A stretch of DNA of 64,000 bases from Candidatus Kapaibacterium sp. (GTDB taxonomy: Bacteria > Bacteroidota > Ignavibacteria > Kapaibacteriales > NICIL-2), in NCBI GenBank assembly GCA_046297095.1, contig JBKCNS010000005.1:19500-83499 (forward strand). Direction: 5' to 3'. Numbering within the stretch: the first letter of the stretch is position 1; each line of letters begins with the position of its first letter. Below are positions 1 through 10,462 of this stretch, one piece after another. The translations under genes were made by a program, and so were the position numbers. Under the pieces are notes generated by a model. That model saw nothing but the letters and a program-made list of their open reading frames with translations. It had not been told where the DNA came from and ran no database searches.

Positions 1-2091
1 GCCGGCGATTTCGATCCCGATGCGGCTGTAGACCGCATCAATGCTGCGTTTAAAGCATACGAGCCAAAGCCGGTAAAGCCCTTTGCCGTGGCAAAAGAGG
101 ATGCCATTACCGCTCCTGTTGTGCGAGAAATTACCGGCCCGTCTGCCGAGAATGTTACCATTGCCTTCCGCTTTCCGGGTGCAGCCCATCCGGATATCAA
201 GCTGCTCACAATGTGTGATATGCTGCTCTCCAACAATTCCGCAGGTATCATTGATATTCAATTGGCGCAAAAGCAACGAGTGCTCGGCCCGAGTTGCAGC
301 CCAATGATTATGAAGGATTATTCTCTGCATCGTTTTTCGGGCGCGCCGCGTAAAGGCCAAAAGCCGGAGGAAGTGGCGTCGCTGCTTCTTGAACAAATCG
401 AAGAATTGAAAAAAGGAAACTTCACGGAATCCACCATGCGGGCTGTGATTAACGATCTGGCTATTGCTCAAATGAAGCAGATGGAGTCGAACACCAATCG
501 CGCATCGTTGATTTCGCAGACCTACATTCACGGTATGGATTGGGTGGAAACAATATCATTCATCAATGATCTTCGCGCGATTACCAAAGAGCAAATCGTT
601 GCCTTCGCCAAGAAGAATTACGGAAACAATTATGTGGTGGTGTACAAGCGCACCGGCGAAAATTCCAACACGACCAAAGTGACCAAGCCGCCTATCACGC
701 CGGTGTCGGTGAACCGCGACGCGCAGTCGGCCTTTGCGGAAAAATTACTCTCCATTCCGGTAGAGAAAATAGCGCCGCGATTTAGCGACTTCAACAACGA
801 CATCCGGCGTACCACGCTAGGCAACGGCACCGAAGTGCTATGCGTAAAAAATACCGAGAACAGCTTATACAACCTGAACATTGTGTGGGACTACGGCACC
901 AAGCACGATCGTCGTTTTGCTACGGCTCTGCAGTATCTGGACTTCATCGGTGCCGGGTCTCGGAGTGCGGAAGATATGCGCAAAGCATTGTACGAACTAG
1001 GTTGCTCCATTCGTGTGTCGGCATCTTCCGATGCCATGACCGTAGAGCTTAGCGGTACCGAAGAGAACCTGGAGCCCGCATTGAAACTGGTGGAGGAGCG
1101 TTTCCGTACTCCCGTTGCGGATACAGCAGCGCTGAAGCTTCTTGTAGACGGTATCTTAAAGCAACGCAGTAACGTGAAGAAGAACAAGACGGTAATTCTT
1201 CAGCAAGCGCTCATGAGTTACGTCACCTATGGTAAACGAAACCCCTTCACGAACATTCTCTCCGAATCTGAATTGCGCGCACTCACAGCCGGCGATCTTC
1301 TGGAGGTAATCAGCTCGCTGCATTCTCTAAAGCACTCGGTGTATTACTATGGCACGCGCTCGCCGGAGCAGCTTCGCGAAATGCTCAATGTGGTTCATGC
1401 AGACTCAAAGCCCGTACGCACATTGGCAGAGCCCGAGCCGTATCAATGGCAGGATCTTTCCACAGGCAAGGTGTTCTTTGTAGACTTCGACATGGTGCAA
1501 GCAGAAGTAATGATGCGAATTAAACTGGACGAAGAGTATTCTGTTCCCACTTCTGCCTTCGCTCGCATGTATAACGAATACAACGGTGGGCTTTCGGGAG
1601 TGGTGTTCCAAACCATACGCGAGTCTAAAGCGTTGGCCTACAGTGTGGAAGCGGGCTTTGCGTCGCCGCGCCGTCAGGGCGATCCGTATGTGTACAGCGC
1701 ATACATCGGAACACAAGCGGATAAATTGCCCGAGGCATTGGTGGCTATGCACGACGTGCTCAAAGACATTCCGAAGAACGAAGCATCGTTTGCTAATGCA
1801 AAGCAGAGCATCATGGAGAAAATCGAAGCGGAGCGCTTTACGCGATTCTCACTCTTGCAACAGTACGACAATCTTCGCCGCCTTGGTATTACTCGCGACG
1901 TGCGCGAACAGATCTACGCAGCCATACCGACGATGACGCTGGCCGACGTACAGCGCATACGAGACGAAAAAGTGGGCGCAAAGAAATTTGCATTGCTGGT
2001 GGTCGGATCCAAAAACAAGCTCGACATGAAAGCACTTTCCAATTATGGTCCGGTGCAGGAGCTCACAACCACCGAGATTTTCGGCTACTAA
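1..2091 (+). CDS. M16-family (insulinase-like) zinc peptidase, C-terminal portion; 5' end lies upstream of the window
   Basis: ORF 88..2091 stays open in the same frame back to base 1 (AGDFDPDAAVDRINAAFKAYEPKPVKPFAVAKED...). The translated sequence has the look of the non-catalytic M16 peptidase_M16_C-type halves. Confidence 0.6.
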   Translation, partial: AGDFDPDAAVDRINAAFKAYEPKPVKPFAVAKEDAITAPVVREITGPSAENVTIAFRFPGAAHPDIKLLTMCDMLLSNNSAGIIDIQLAQKQRVLGPSCSPMIMKDYSLHRFSGAPRKGQKPEEVASLLLEQIEELKKGNFTESTMRAVINDLAIAQMKQMESNTNRASLISQTYIHGMDWVETISFINDLRAITKEQIVAFAKKNYGNNYVVVYKRTGENSNTTKVTKPPITPVSVNRDAQSAFAEKLLSIPVEKIAPRFSDFNNDIRRTTLGNGTEVLCVKNTENSLYNLNIVWDYGTKHDRRFATALQYLDFIGAGSRSAEDMRKALYELGCSIRVSASSDAMTVELSGTEENLEPALKLVEERFRTPVADTAALKLLVDGILKQRSNVKKNKTVILQQALMSYVTYGKRNPFTNILSESELRALTAGDLLEVISSLHSLKHSVYYYGTRSPEQLREMLNVVHADSKPVRTLAEPEPYQWQDLSTGKVFFVDFDMVQAEVMMRIKLDEEYSVPTSAFARMYNEYNGGLSGVVFQTIRESKALAYSVEAGFASPRRQGDPYVYSAYIGTQADKLPEALVAMHDVLKDIPKNEASFANAKQSIMEKIEAERFTRFSLLQQYDNLRRLGITRDVREQIYAAIPTMTLADVQRIRDEKVGAKKFALLVVGSKNKLDMKALSNYGPVQELTTTEIFGY

Positions 2092-2106
2092 CGAATCGCT
2101 ATTCCC

Positions 2107-3393
2107 ATGAACACCTTGAACACCATGAACATAGTCTCGGCCGGTGACGCGGTTCGGTGTATAGAATCGGGTCATCGGGTATATATTCATTCTGTTGCGG
2201 CTGCGCCGCAAGATCTTATCGAAGCGATGACTCTTCGAGCCGATGAGCTGAAGAACGTAGACATCGTGCATTTGCACACAGAAGGCCGGGCGCCGTATGC
2301 ACGTGCCGAGTTTGCCGACAGCTTCAACGTTCATGTGTTGTTTACCGGGCCGAACATGCGCGACGCGGTGAGCTCCGGCCGGGCCGATTACATCCCGGTG
2401 TTTCTCTCTGAGGTGCCACTGCTGTTTCGTCGCGGCGTGCTCCCTATCGATGTGGCGCTGGTACAGGTGACGCCTCCGGACGCGCATGGATACTGCTCTC
2501 TGGGCGTTTCTGTGGATGCCACTATTGCGGCAGTTCAAACCGCGCGATTTGTGGTGGCGCAGATCAATCCCAATATGCCCAGGTCTTTAGGCGATGGGAA
2601 TATTCATGTGTCGCGATTTCATGCGGTGTGTGAATCTGCAACGCCGATCATCACAGCATCGTATGCACAGCCCTCGGAGGTAGAAGTTCAGGTGGGGCGC
2701 AATGTGGCCGCGCTGGTCCAAGATGGTGCCACCTTGCAGCTTGGAATAGGCAGTATTCCTAATGCCGTGCTTGCGGAGTTGATGCATCACAAGAATCTGG
2801 GAATTCACTCGGAGATGTTCTCCGATGGCGTACTCGATCTGGTGGAGCGCGGCGTTATTACCAATAGTCTGAAAAAGAAACATCCCTTCAAAACCGTCGC
2901 GGGATTTGTGATGGGATCGCGCCGCTTGTATGATTACATCCACGACAATCCCGGCGTGCTTCTTCTGGACATCGCCTACGTGAACAATCCACGGGTGATA
3001 GAACAGAACCCGCGAGTCACAGCCATCAACAGTGCTATCGAGGTGGATATTACCGGTCAGGTATGTGCCGATTCTATCGGCTCCCGTATTTACTCCGGAG
3101 TGGGCGGGCAAATGGATTTTATGAGAGCTGCTGCACTGTGTGACGATGGCAAGCCAATCATTGCGTTGCCCTCGGTTACATCGCGAGGTGAGTCCAGAAT
3201 TGTTTGCCACTTAAAGCCCGGCGCCGGTGTGGTCACAACGCGCGCGCATGTGCATTGGGTGGTAACCGAGTATGGAGCGGTAAATCTTTATGGAAAAAAT
3301 CTTCGTGAGCGCGCGCATCTGCTCATGAGTATAGCGCATCCTGATCACCGCGAGGAATTAGAGCGGCAGGTGCACGATACCTTCCATTATTGA
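2107..3393 (+). CDS. acetyl-CoA hydrolase/transferase family protein (4-hydroxybutyrate/succinyl-CoA:acetate CoA-transferase-like)
   Basis: 428 aa, ATG at 2107. Global similarity to Cat2/ScpC-type CoA-transferases (…GPNMRDAVSSGRADYIPVFLSEVP…, …GGQMDF… near the C terminus). Confidence 0.8.
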   Translation: MNTLNTMNIVSAGDAVRCIESGHRVYIHSVAAAPQDLIEAMTLRADELKNVDIVHLHTEGRAPYARAEFADSFNVHVLFTGPNMRDAVSSGRADYIPVFLSEVPLLFRRGVLPIDVALVQVTPPDAHGYCSLGVSVDATIAAVQTARFVVAQINPNMPRSLGDGNIHVSRFHAVCESATPIITASYAQPSEVEVQVGRNVAALVQDGATLQLGIGSIPNAVLAELMHHKNLGIHSEMFSDGVLDLVERGVITNSLKKKHPFKTVAGFVMGSRRLYDYIHDNPGVLLLDIAYVNNPRVIEQNPRVTAINSAIEVDITGQVCADSIGSRIYSGVGGQMDFMRAAALCDDGKPIIALPSVTSRGESRIVCHLKPGAGVVTTRAHVHWVVTEYGAVNLYGKNLRERAHLLMSIAHPDHREELERQVHDTFHY

Positions 3394-3944
3394 GGTATAG
3401 CCATTGGTACGTACGAATCCTTGGGCGATACTTTTATGTGCCCAAGTTTTTCAAGCACCTCTATCACTTCTTTTTCCTTTCGCGTGCCAAGAAGCAAGGC
3501 CGCGCCCGATGTTCGTACTATTTGAATTCCGGAAGTTCCCCAAATGCTCAAGGCATTTCCTCGCCTCCAAAATCCGGTGCGATAGCCCCATCCGCCGTAC
3601 TCCGCAATTGGGCGATAGGTGCGTACACACAGAGTGCGCATCTCGTGAAAAGCAATGAAGGTGAAGTTCCGCTGAATGGGCGAGAACCTATAACGTATTC
3701 CTTCCTCCGTGATCTCCGTTTGCAGGCGCGTTGCCGAAAAAAACGATCCCAAACCTATCAGCATCAGGCATAGCATGATGAGCACGCCGGTGGGTGCCGG
3801 TTTGTCGCCGAATGGAGCATGATAGAACTCTTGCTGTACCACTCCGTACGCGAACAGCAGAGCGAAGGAGAAAAAAACAAGGCGAACGAGAACAGGGCTA
3901 AAGGTCTGCGATTCGCTGAAGAGCGGAGTAGGCGCGGAGCTCAT
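3387..3944 (-). CDS. hypothetical small membrane protein (two predicted TM helices)
   Basis: ORF 3387..4013 trimmed to the ATG at 3944 (cat at 3942-3944 checked). Hydrophobic stretches LVRLVFFSFALLFAYGVV and VLIMLCLMLIGLGSFF. No recognisable catalytic motif. Confidence 0.4.
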   Translation of the reverse strand: MSSAPTPLFSESQTFSPVLVRLVFFSFALLFAYGVVQQEFYHAPFGDKPAPTGVLIMLCLMLIGLGSFFSATRLQTEITEEGIRYRFSPIQRNFTFIAFHEMRTLCVRTYRPIAEYGGWGYRTGFWRRGNALSIWGTSGIQIVRTSGAALLLGTRKEKEVIEVLEKLGHIKVSPKDSYVPMAIPQ

Positions 3945-4038
3945 ACGTGAAGAACATTGGTGAGTAGGCATCTCAAAAAAAAATGAGGAGACAAGCGCGG
4001 CCTGTCTCCTCACAAACTACAGCTGCACCGCTACCTTC

Positions 4039-5055
4039 CTATTTGAACTGGAAGGTAGAAATACACTTCTTGAAGATGGGCAAATACACTGCTTCTTCTG
4101 TTTTGTTCCATGTTACAAACACGCGATAGAGCTTGCCGTCTTTCACGCACAAGTAGGCATAGCGACCAATTCCGGGAGCCGGGCTATAGCTGAACATATA
4201 TGCCTTTACCGAGCCCAAAGTGGTTGAGCTTTGCGAAGCACCGGCAAACTGCGCTTTGTTCTCTGCAGCAATCTTGTCCAGGTTGGTTTGCTTTGATGCA
4301 TCAAGAATGTCCACGCGAATGGTACAGTCTAAACGGCTTCCTAAGTACTCGCTGCCGCCAATTGCACCAGCTGCCTTCACACCCTTAGCACGGAAGTTGT
4401 CGGGAATGCTGATACTGTATCCGGAGCCCGGAGCCGTGATAAAGTTCGACGACGGTGGCTCGGGAGCAGCTTGCACGGTATCGGGCTTCGTGTCCGGAAG
4501 CTTTGCAGGGCCGGCACATACGAAGGTAGAAAGTATCTCGTCGATTTGCGGCTTGTACGCATCGTAGGTGCTTCCGAATGCAGCAATCTCCAAGGTGGTA
4601 AGAACGGTGTCTTTGAGTGAATACAACTTGATGCCCTTCAGCTTGCCGTCTTCCGCATCGGCAGAGTAGCTCAGCTTTATTGCAGGCGCGCCGCCCAGAG
4701 TAGTGTTCTCCTGAGGGGCATAGGCGGAGTTATCGAAAATCTTGTCTTCGTTGATGTACTGATCCAGCGGCTGGTCTTTAAGATGAATCACGTGCACATC
4801 GATCTTCGCGCCCGAAGGGCCTTCGCGAAACTCTACAAAGCGGGATTCCACTTCTGCACTCGACAACGCCACGAAGCGCTCGCCCGGTGTTTTCTTTATG
4901 GTCCAATTCTTTGGATACCGAAGCGAGAACGATGTAGTAGCATCGGTATACGTCTCCAAGCCGTCAATCTTCACCGGCTCTGCTTTTTTCTCTTCGCAAC
5001 CCGTGCTGATTACCAAGGCGGCACAACACAGGAGCAATACTGAACGCAAGAACAT
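4039..5055 (-). CDS. hypothetical lipoprotein
   Basis: ATG at 5055 gives MFLRSVLLLCCAALVISTGC, a signal peptide plus lipobox Cys. No known domain recognised. Confidence 0.5.
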   Translation of the reverse strand: MFLRSVLLLCCAALVISTGCEEKKAEPVKIDGLETYTDATTSFSLRYPKNWTIKKTPGERFVALSSAEVESRFVEFREGPSGAKIDVHVIHLKDQPLDQYINEDKIFDNSAYAPQENTTLGGAPAIKLSYSADAEDGKLKGIKLYSLKDTVLTTLEIAAFGSTYDAYKPQIDEILSTFVCAGPAKLPDTKPDTVQAAPEPPSSNFITAPGSGYSISIPDNFRAKGVKAAGAIGGSEYLGSRLDCTIRVDILDASKQTNLDKIAAENKAQFAGASQSSTTLGSVKAYMFSYSPAPGIGRYAYLCVKDGKLYRVFVTWNKTEEAVYLPIFKKCISTFQFK

Positions 5056-5401
5056 AACAACTCCAAAAAAACGATTGATACAATTCACACTCAAGCTGCA
5101 TGAAGTTCAGACCGGCAATGCTGTTGTGCACAAAGCCGGAAGTAGCATTGGCCGCGAACACTTGTTGATACCGATTCGATTTTTCACGCCGCGAAAACTA
5201 CCAAAAAAGCAAGGAACCTTATCCATAAAAATCGGCAACATCAAGCCTATGCCGATAGAGGTTGAATGGCCGCACACGCGGTTGCGGTACGCTTCAAAGA
5301 GCTGTGCCGGTGAGTAAGTTTAGCCGGTACTTTTTGCACGGGACTCTCTCTGCCTTGCCTATCTTGCAAGTCACCAATCTTCCGCATACTACCGCATCTC
5401 T

Positions 5402-6709
5402 ATGAATATTACCGAGCACCTGTGCCGCGAACTTTCTCAAGCCACTCTGGAAGTGGTTTCGCAGGGACGTTTTGCCAACAGTGTGGTGCAGAAGAAGTTC
5501 AAGGCCAACGCCCATTGGGATTCGGAAGAGAAGTCGTTCTTTGCGGAGTCGTTGTATTTCATTGTGCGTAATGCGCGGCGTTTGTGCGTGGCACTATCGA
5601 TAAGCGCCTGCGATACTGCATCCGAAGCGTTGAAGCTTGTGCATGCAACTCTCGTGCTGCACTCGCTATATGTGCCGCGTGGCATTCTTTCTGCGCATCG
5701 CCTGGAAGCCGCATTGGTGCACAAGCGTTGGGCAGATGCCGGTACCACCAGAGCTGTGGCCTATTCCTATCCGGACTGGCTGGATGAGTTGGGCGCCCGG
5801 CAATTCGGCGCGTCGTGGGACTCCATGGTTCATGCCTTGCATGCAGAGCCCAAAGTGGTGCTTAGGGCAAACTCTTTGAAAGTGACCAGAGAAGAGTTAG
5901 AGAGAAAGCTTCGTGCGCGCGAGATATCCTGCTCGTCGTCGGCACTCAGCCCTACGGCTACAGTGCTGGAGAATCACTACAATGTGTTTACACTGCCGGA
6001 ATTTCGCGATGGTTTATTCGAAGTTCAGGATGCCGGCTCGCAGTGTATTGCTCCGTTCTTGATGGCGGAACCGGGCATGAGGGTAATAGATGCCTGCGCC
6101 GGCAGCGGCGGCAAGTCTCTGCACTTAGCCGCGCTCATGAACAACAAGGGGCGCTTGATTGCTATGGACACGGAAGAGTGGAAGCTGACGGCTCTGGCGC
6201 AGCGGGCTCGAAGGGCGGGCGTGAGTATTATCGAAACACGGACCATCACCTCTACCAAAGTGGTGAAGCGTCAGCATGGTAGCGCCGATCGCGTACTGCT
6301 CGATGTGCCCTGTTCCGGTTTGGGAGTGCTGCGCAGAAATCCGGATACCAAGTGGCATATCACGGCGGCGGATATTGATCGCTTTGTTACTATTCAACGG
6401 GATATTCTGCGTCAATATGCGCCCATGACTGCGCCGGGCGGAGCCTTGGTGTATGCTACCTGCAGTATACTTCCGGCCGAGAGCGAAGATCAAGTGCGGT
6501 GGTTCCTGGCACAATCGCCGGAATGGACACTGGAAGATGAGCGCCGAGTGGAGCCGGGCAAACATGACGCCGATGGTTTTTACATGGCTCGCCTTCGGCG
6601 AGCAAAGGCAGATAAAGAAGTTAAAGTAGTTAAAGCAGACAAAGCAGGTAAAGTAGCCAACGCAGATGCTGCCGTTGACACACAGCAAAACGTTGAAATC
6701 GAAGAATAG
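5402..6709 (+). CDS. rsmB: RsmB/Sun (NOP2) family SAM-dependent rRNA cytosine-C5 methyltransferase with Lys/Asp-rich C-terminal tail
   Basis: Motifs [36 protein letters not shown] and YATCSI are diagnostic of RsmB/RsmF-type m5C methyltransferases. The C terminus carries [16 protein letters not shown] repeats. Confidence 0.7.
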   Translation: MNITEHLCRELSQATLEVVSQGRFANSVVQKKFKANAHWDSEEKSFFAESLYFIVRNARRLCVALSISACDTASEALKLVHATLVLHSLYVPRGILSAHRLEAALVHKRWADAGTTRAVAYSYPDWLDELGARQFGASWDSMVHALHAEPKVVLRANSLKVTREELERKLRAREISCSSSALSPTATVLENHYNVFTLPEFRDGLFEVQDAGSQCIAPFLMAEPGMRVIDACAGSGGKSLHLAALMNNKGRLIAMDTEEWKLTALAQRARRAGVSIIETRTITSTKVVKRQHGSADRVLLDVPCSGLGVLRRNPDTKWHITAADIDRFVTIQRDILRQYAPMTAPGGALVYATCSILPAESEDQVRWFLAQSPEWTLEDERRVEPGKHDADGFYMARLRRAKADKEVKVVKADKAGKVANADAAVDTQQNVEIEE

Positions 6710-6722
6710 CACGGATGGTATA

Positions 6723-7832
6723 ATGATCAACGAGATTCCAAACAACGCCGAGAATGCCGAGCATTCTTCTATACGTCTAACGCAATACAGTCACGGTGCG
6801 GGCTGCGGCTGCAAGCTGTCTCCTGCAGTGCTCGATCGTATTCTGCACACGAATGAAGCCGGAGCCGAATACCCGCGCTTGATTGTGGGGAACTCTACGC
6901 GCGATGATGCTGCCGTGTACGATTTGGGTGACGGTCGCGGACTCATTAGCACCACGGATTTTTTCATGCCCATTGTGGATGACCCCTACGACTTCGGCCG
7001 CATTGCCTCGGCCAATGCCATCAGCGATGTGTACGCAATGGGTGGAACTCCCGTGATGGCCATTGCTATTCTTGGATGGACCGTTGATAAACTGGCGCCG
7101 GAGATTGCATCGCAGGTGATTCGCGGAAGCCGCGCTGTGTGTGCCGAAGCGGGCATACCATTGGCAGGAGGTCATAGCATTGACTCGCCGGAACCCATTT
7201 TTGGTTTGGCGGTGAACGGGCTGGTGGATCTTTCTCGACTGAAGCAAAACTCCACAGCCACAGAGGGTTCTCGGCTGTACCTTACCAAAGGGCTGGGTGT
7301 GGGAATTCTTACCACCGCAGAAAAAAATGGTACGCTGAAGCCCGAGCATTATGGAGTAGCTACTGCTTCTATGACTCGCATCAACAGTATCGGTGCTGCC
7401 TTAGCTCAAATAGACGGCGTTACGGCCATGACGGATGTAACGGGCTTCGGGTTGCTTGGCCACTTGCTGGAAATGTGTACCGGTAGCGGCGTGAGCGCAG
7501 AGATTTCCTTCGAGTCGTTGCCGCGTATCGCCCAATTGGACGATTACATTTCGGCTCGATGCACGCCGGGCGGAACAAAAAGAAATTGGTTGAGTTACGG
7601 CTCGGGGTTGAATATGTCGCAGACCTTGAGTTTGGCTGAGCAATTCGATGAGCATTACTCAACCCTGGCACTGCTCTGCGATCCGCAAACCAGTGGCGGC
7701 TTGCTTGTGGCGGTACAAGAGGAATCCGCTGCTGCTGTAGAAGAATGCTTGCACGCCCACGGACTAGGTGCCTTTGCGCAGCCGGTAGGGCGCATTATTC
7801 GCAAAGATCACGCGCCGGTGCGTGTGCTCTAG
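6723..7832 (+). CDS. selD: selenide, water dikinase (selenophosphate synthetase), Cys-type
   Basis: [19 protein letters not shown]…DDAAVYDL…[21 protein letters not shown]…[14 protein letters not shown] is near-identical in pattern to E. coli SelD. The ATG at 6723 was verified. The active-site residue is Cys (GCGCK), not Sec. Confidence 0.9.
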   Translation: MINEIPNNAENAEHSSIRLTQYSHGAGCGCKLSPAVLDRILHTNEAGAEYPRLIVGNSTRDDAAVYDLGDGRGLISTTDFFMPIVDDPYDFGRIASANAISDVYAMGGTPVMAIAILGWTVDKLAPEIASQVIRGSRAVCAEAGIPLAGGHSIDSPEPIFGLAVNGLVDLSRLKQNSTATEGSRLYLTKGLGVGILTTAEKNGTLKPEHYGVATASMTRINSIGAALAQIDGVTAMTDVTGFGLLGHLLEMCTGSGVSAEISFESLPRIAQLDDYISARCTPGGTKRNWLSYGSGLNMSQTLSLAEQFDEHYSTLALLCDPQTSGGLLVAVQEESAAAVEECLHAHGLGAFAQPVGRIIRKDHAPVRVL

Positions 7833-7940
7833 ATGGCGGGAAAAATCTCTGCGTGAGGCAGTCCTCGTATTCGCGGCTACCTCGCTATTTTTGTGCCTTG
7901 CGAACGATAATTTTCGACACCAGAATCTCTCGGAGTACCA

Positions 7941-9026
7941 ATGAATATCGGCGTCCTGACGGAGTTACAATCCAACGAGCATCGTGTTGCTCTTACACCT
8001 GATGCAGTAAAGCAACTGAAGGCCAAGGGCTTTGCCGTAAATGTTCAAGCCGGAGCCGGACTTGCGGCCGCATACGACGACGATGCCTACACCGGCGCGG
8101 GAGCTACGATACTTCCGGGCGCAAAAGATGTCTGCGCACAAAGCGATGTGATTTGCAAAGTGCAAGCACCCACCACCGATGAAGTGGCCACCATGAAGAG
8201 CGACAGTACATTGATCTGTACCATGAATGCATGGAAGAATGCCGATGTGATTGCCGCACTCAAAGCAAAGAATATTACCTCGTTCGCTCTTGAATTGATT
8301 CCGCGTATCAGCCGTGCTCAGAGCATGGACATTCTCTCGTCCATGGCTTCGGTAGCGGGCTACAAGGCAGTGCTCACAGCGGCTAATCATAGCGGTCGAT
8401 TCTTCCCCATGTTGGTAACGGCTGCCGGAACACTTGCACCTACCAAGTGTTTGGTAATCGGTGCGGGAGTTGCGGGCTTGCAGGCAATTGCAACTGCTCG
8501 CCGTCTTGGCGCCATCGTTGAAGCATTCGATGTTCGCCCTGCAGTGCGCGAACAGGTCTTGAGCTTGGGTGCGAAGTTCGTTGATATCGATTTGGGAGAA
8601 CAGGATACGGAAACCAGCGGCGGCTATGCCAAAGAATTGAGCGAAGCAGCCAAGAAGAAACAGCAAGAAGGATTGGCAAAGCATATTGCTCAATCGGATG
8701 TGGTAATCACAACCGCAGCAATTCCCGGCAAGCCCGCTCCGAAGATTATTTCGGACGAGATGATTGCTATGATGAAGAATGGATCGGTAATTGTGGACCT
8801 TGCGGCGGAAACGGGTGGAAATACCTTCCAGACTAAGCCCGGTGAGACCGTTGTTACGGGCAACGGCGTCCATATTATCGGACCTGTGAACGTGCCGGCA
8901 AGCATGCCCTTCCACGCTTCACAGATGTACGCAAAGAATCTTGTGAACCTAATGATGCTCTTTGTAACCAAAGAAGGCATTAAGGTGCACAAGGACGACG
9001 AGATACTCAGCGCTTGCTGTGTGTAA
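7941..9026 (+). CDS. pntA: NAD(P) transhydrogenase alpha subunit, dI (NAD(H)-binding) part only (PntAA-like)
   Basis: MNIGVLTELQSNEHRVALTP…PRISRAQSMDILSSMASVAGY…GAGVAGLQAIATARRLGAIVEAFDVRP…TTAAIPGKPAPKIISDEMI…SVIVDLAAETGGN matches PntA dI far better than alanine dehydrogenase. The protein ends after about 361 aa, i.e. with no membrane dII segment. Confidence 0.75.
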   Translation: MNIGVLTELQSNEHRVALTPDAVKQLKAKGFAVNVQAGAGLAAAYDDDAYTGAGATILPGAKDVCAQSDVICKVQAPTTDEVATMKSDSTLICTMNAWKNADVIAALKAKNITSFALELIPRISRAQSMDILSSMASVAGYKAVLTAANHSGRFFPMLVTAAGTLAPTKCLVIGAGVAGLQAIATARRLGAIVEAFDVRPAVREQVLSLGAKFVDIDLGEQDTETSGGYAKELSEAAKKKQQEGLAKHIAQSDVVITTAAIPGKPAPKIISDEMIAMMKNGSVIVDLAAETGGNTFQTKPGETVVTGNGVHIIGPVNVPASMPFHASQMYAKNLVNLMMLFVTKEGIKVHKDDEILSACCV

Positions 9027-9160
9027 AACTATGTGTTGCCTGCATCGAATGCAGGTGCTATAATCGCGACCTTTTTTTCGTGAGGCGGGGACAAAGTTGA
9101 AGGGTTGGAAGGTTGTTTTACTAAGAAACTACTTCTGTACACTTTCAAACGAGGATTGTC

Positions 9161-10462
9161 ATGGCAACCAAGAAGAAGCCAGTGACCAAAAAGACATCGG
9201 TGAAATCGGCGGCAAAATCGTCGAGCAAAAAAACATCAACCGCTTCAGCGAAGAAGGTCAAAAAAGCAGTGGCAAAATCGAAGGCTGTAAAGCCGGCGGT
9301 TAAGAAAGCTGCGAAAAAAGTGGCCCCAAAGGCAACCAAGAACGTAGCCAAGAAGGTTACGAAGAAGAGCACCGCTGCAGCGACGTCCAAACGTGCCACA
9401 CCAAGCACGGCTAAGAGCAAAGTAAAGGTGAAGGTTAAGAGTAATGTCAAGACCGCCACCAAAGCTCAGGGCAAAAAGACGACAGCGAAAGCGGTGATAA
9501 AGAAATCACCGTTGCGGTCTGCAAAGTCCGCAGCTACAACACCAAAGAAGGGACTGATGAGTACAGCAGCAAAGAAGACGGCGGCGAAGAAAGCGGCGCC
9601 CAAAAAAGTTCAGGCAAAGAAAGTTGCACCCAAGAAAGTTGCACCTAAAAAAGTTGAAGCAAAGAAGGTTGTTGCCAAGAAGCCGGTAGCGGTAAAAGCA
9701 GCAAAGGCAGCTCCGGCAAAGAAGGTGGTAGCAAAAGAAGTGGTGAAAGCAGCACCGGCAAAAGTTCCGGCTAAAGCGCCCGAGACCAAAGTGGTGGCAA
9801 TACCCGCGCCTTCTAAAGGTGCACCTGCCAAGGCAATTGTGTTGTCTCGAGGCAATGGCCCCGTGCGCAGCCGTTCGCGCAAGCCCAGCGAGCGCGCTAC
9901 ACCGAAGCTGGAGCCGCGCGTAAAGAAAGACACATCGAAGAACGAAGCGATGTTCGAGCGCACCCAGTCTGCGCCTACCATCAGCGCTCCGAAGATTACC
10001 GAGTTTCTTTCTACGCCCTCGTACACAACTCCCGAGCCGGTAAAGCCGAAGCCGAACGTTCGTTATTCGGATAAGGATTTGAAAGTGTTTCGCGCGCTGA
10101 TCGAAAGCGAAAAGGAAAAAACGCTGGACGAGCTGCGCATGCTGAAAGAGCGCCTGGAAGATCTTACGAACTATGAAGCCTCAGAAGAGACAGCAGTGTA
10201 TTCCATGCACATGGCTGAGCAAGGATCGGAAGCAGTGGAGCGCGAAAAGACCTACGCTCAGATTCAGCGCACCACCGATTATCTGCGTAAGCTGGACGAA
10301 GCAATGATTCGTATCGAGGAGAAAACGTACGGCATCTGCCGTCAGTGCGGAATCCTTATTGCTCGCGAGCGCTTAATGGCAGTGCCGATCACGACTCTGT
10401 CTGCATCGTGGAAGCTGCGTCAGCAGTGCCCCACAGACGGCATCGACAAAGTGGGTCGGTAA
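9161..10462 (+). CDS. histone-H1-like Lys/Ala-rich protein fused to a C-terminal DksA/TraR-type coiled-coil plus degenerate zinc-finger domain
   Basis: The first ~230 aa are KKAAKKVAPK-type low complexity, encoded by 15-nt tandem repeats around 9600-9670. The last ~110 aa (LKVFRALIESEKEKTLDELRMLKERLEDL…YGICRQCGILIARERLMAVPITTL…C) resemble the DksA/TraR fold, but only 3 of the 4 Cys are present. Confidence 0.7.
   Translation: MATKKKPVTKKTSVKSAAKSSSKKTSTASAKKVKKAVAKSKAVKPAVKKAAKKVAPKATKNVAKKVTKKSTAAATSKRATPSTAKSKVKVKVKSNVKTATKAQGKKTTAKAVIKKSPLRSAKSAATTPKKGLMSTAAKKTAAKKAAPKKVQAKKVAPKKVAPKKVEAKKVVAKKPVAVKAAKAAPAKKVVAKEVVKAAPAKVPAKAPETKVVAIPAPSKGAPAKAIVLSRGNGPVRSRSRKPSERATPKLEPRVKKDTSKNEAMFERTQSAPTISAPKITEFLSTPSYTTPEPVKPKPNVRYSDKDLKVFRALIESEKEKTLDELRMLKERLEDLTNYEASEETAVYSMHMAEQGSEAVEREKTYAQIQRTTDYLRKLDEAMIRIEEKTYGICRQCGILIARERLMAVPITTLSASWKLRQQCPTDGIDKVGR

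Noticed and set aside
7965-8915. 316-aa ORF on the - strand inside pntA
   Set aside because: Entirely antisense to a well-supported gene. The sequence is Cys/Arg/His-rich, as expected for GC-rich antisense frames. No start context or homology features
9040-9070. Hairpin cctgcat-cga-atgcagg followed by TATAAT after the pntA stop
   Set aside because: The hairpin is real, but the T-run is about 15 nt away, so it is not a canonical intrinsic terminator. A single -10-like hexamer without a matching -35 is weak evidence in an FCB-group organism whose promoters use a different consensus
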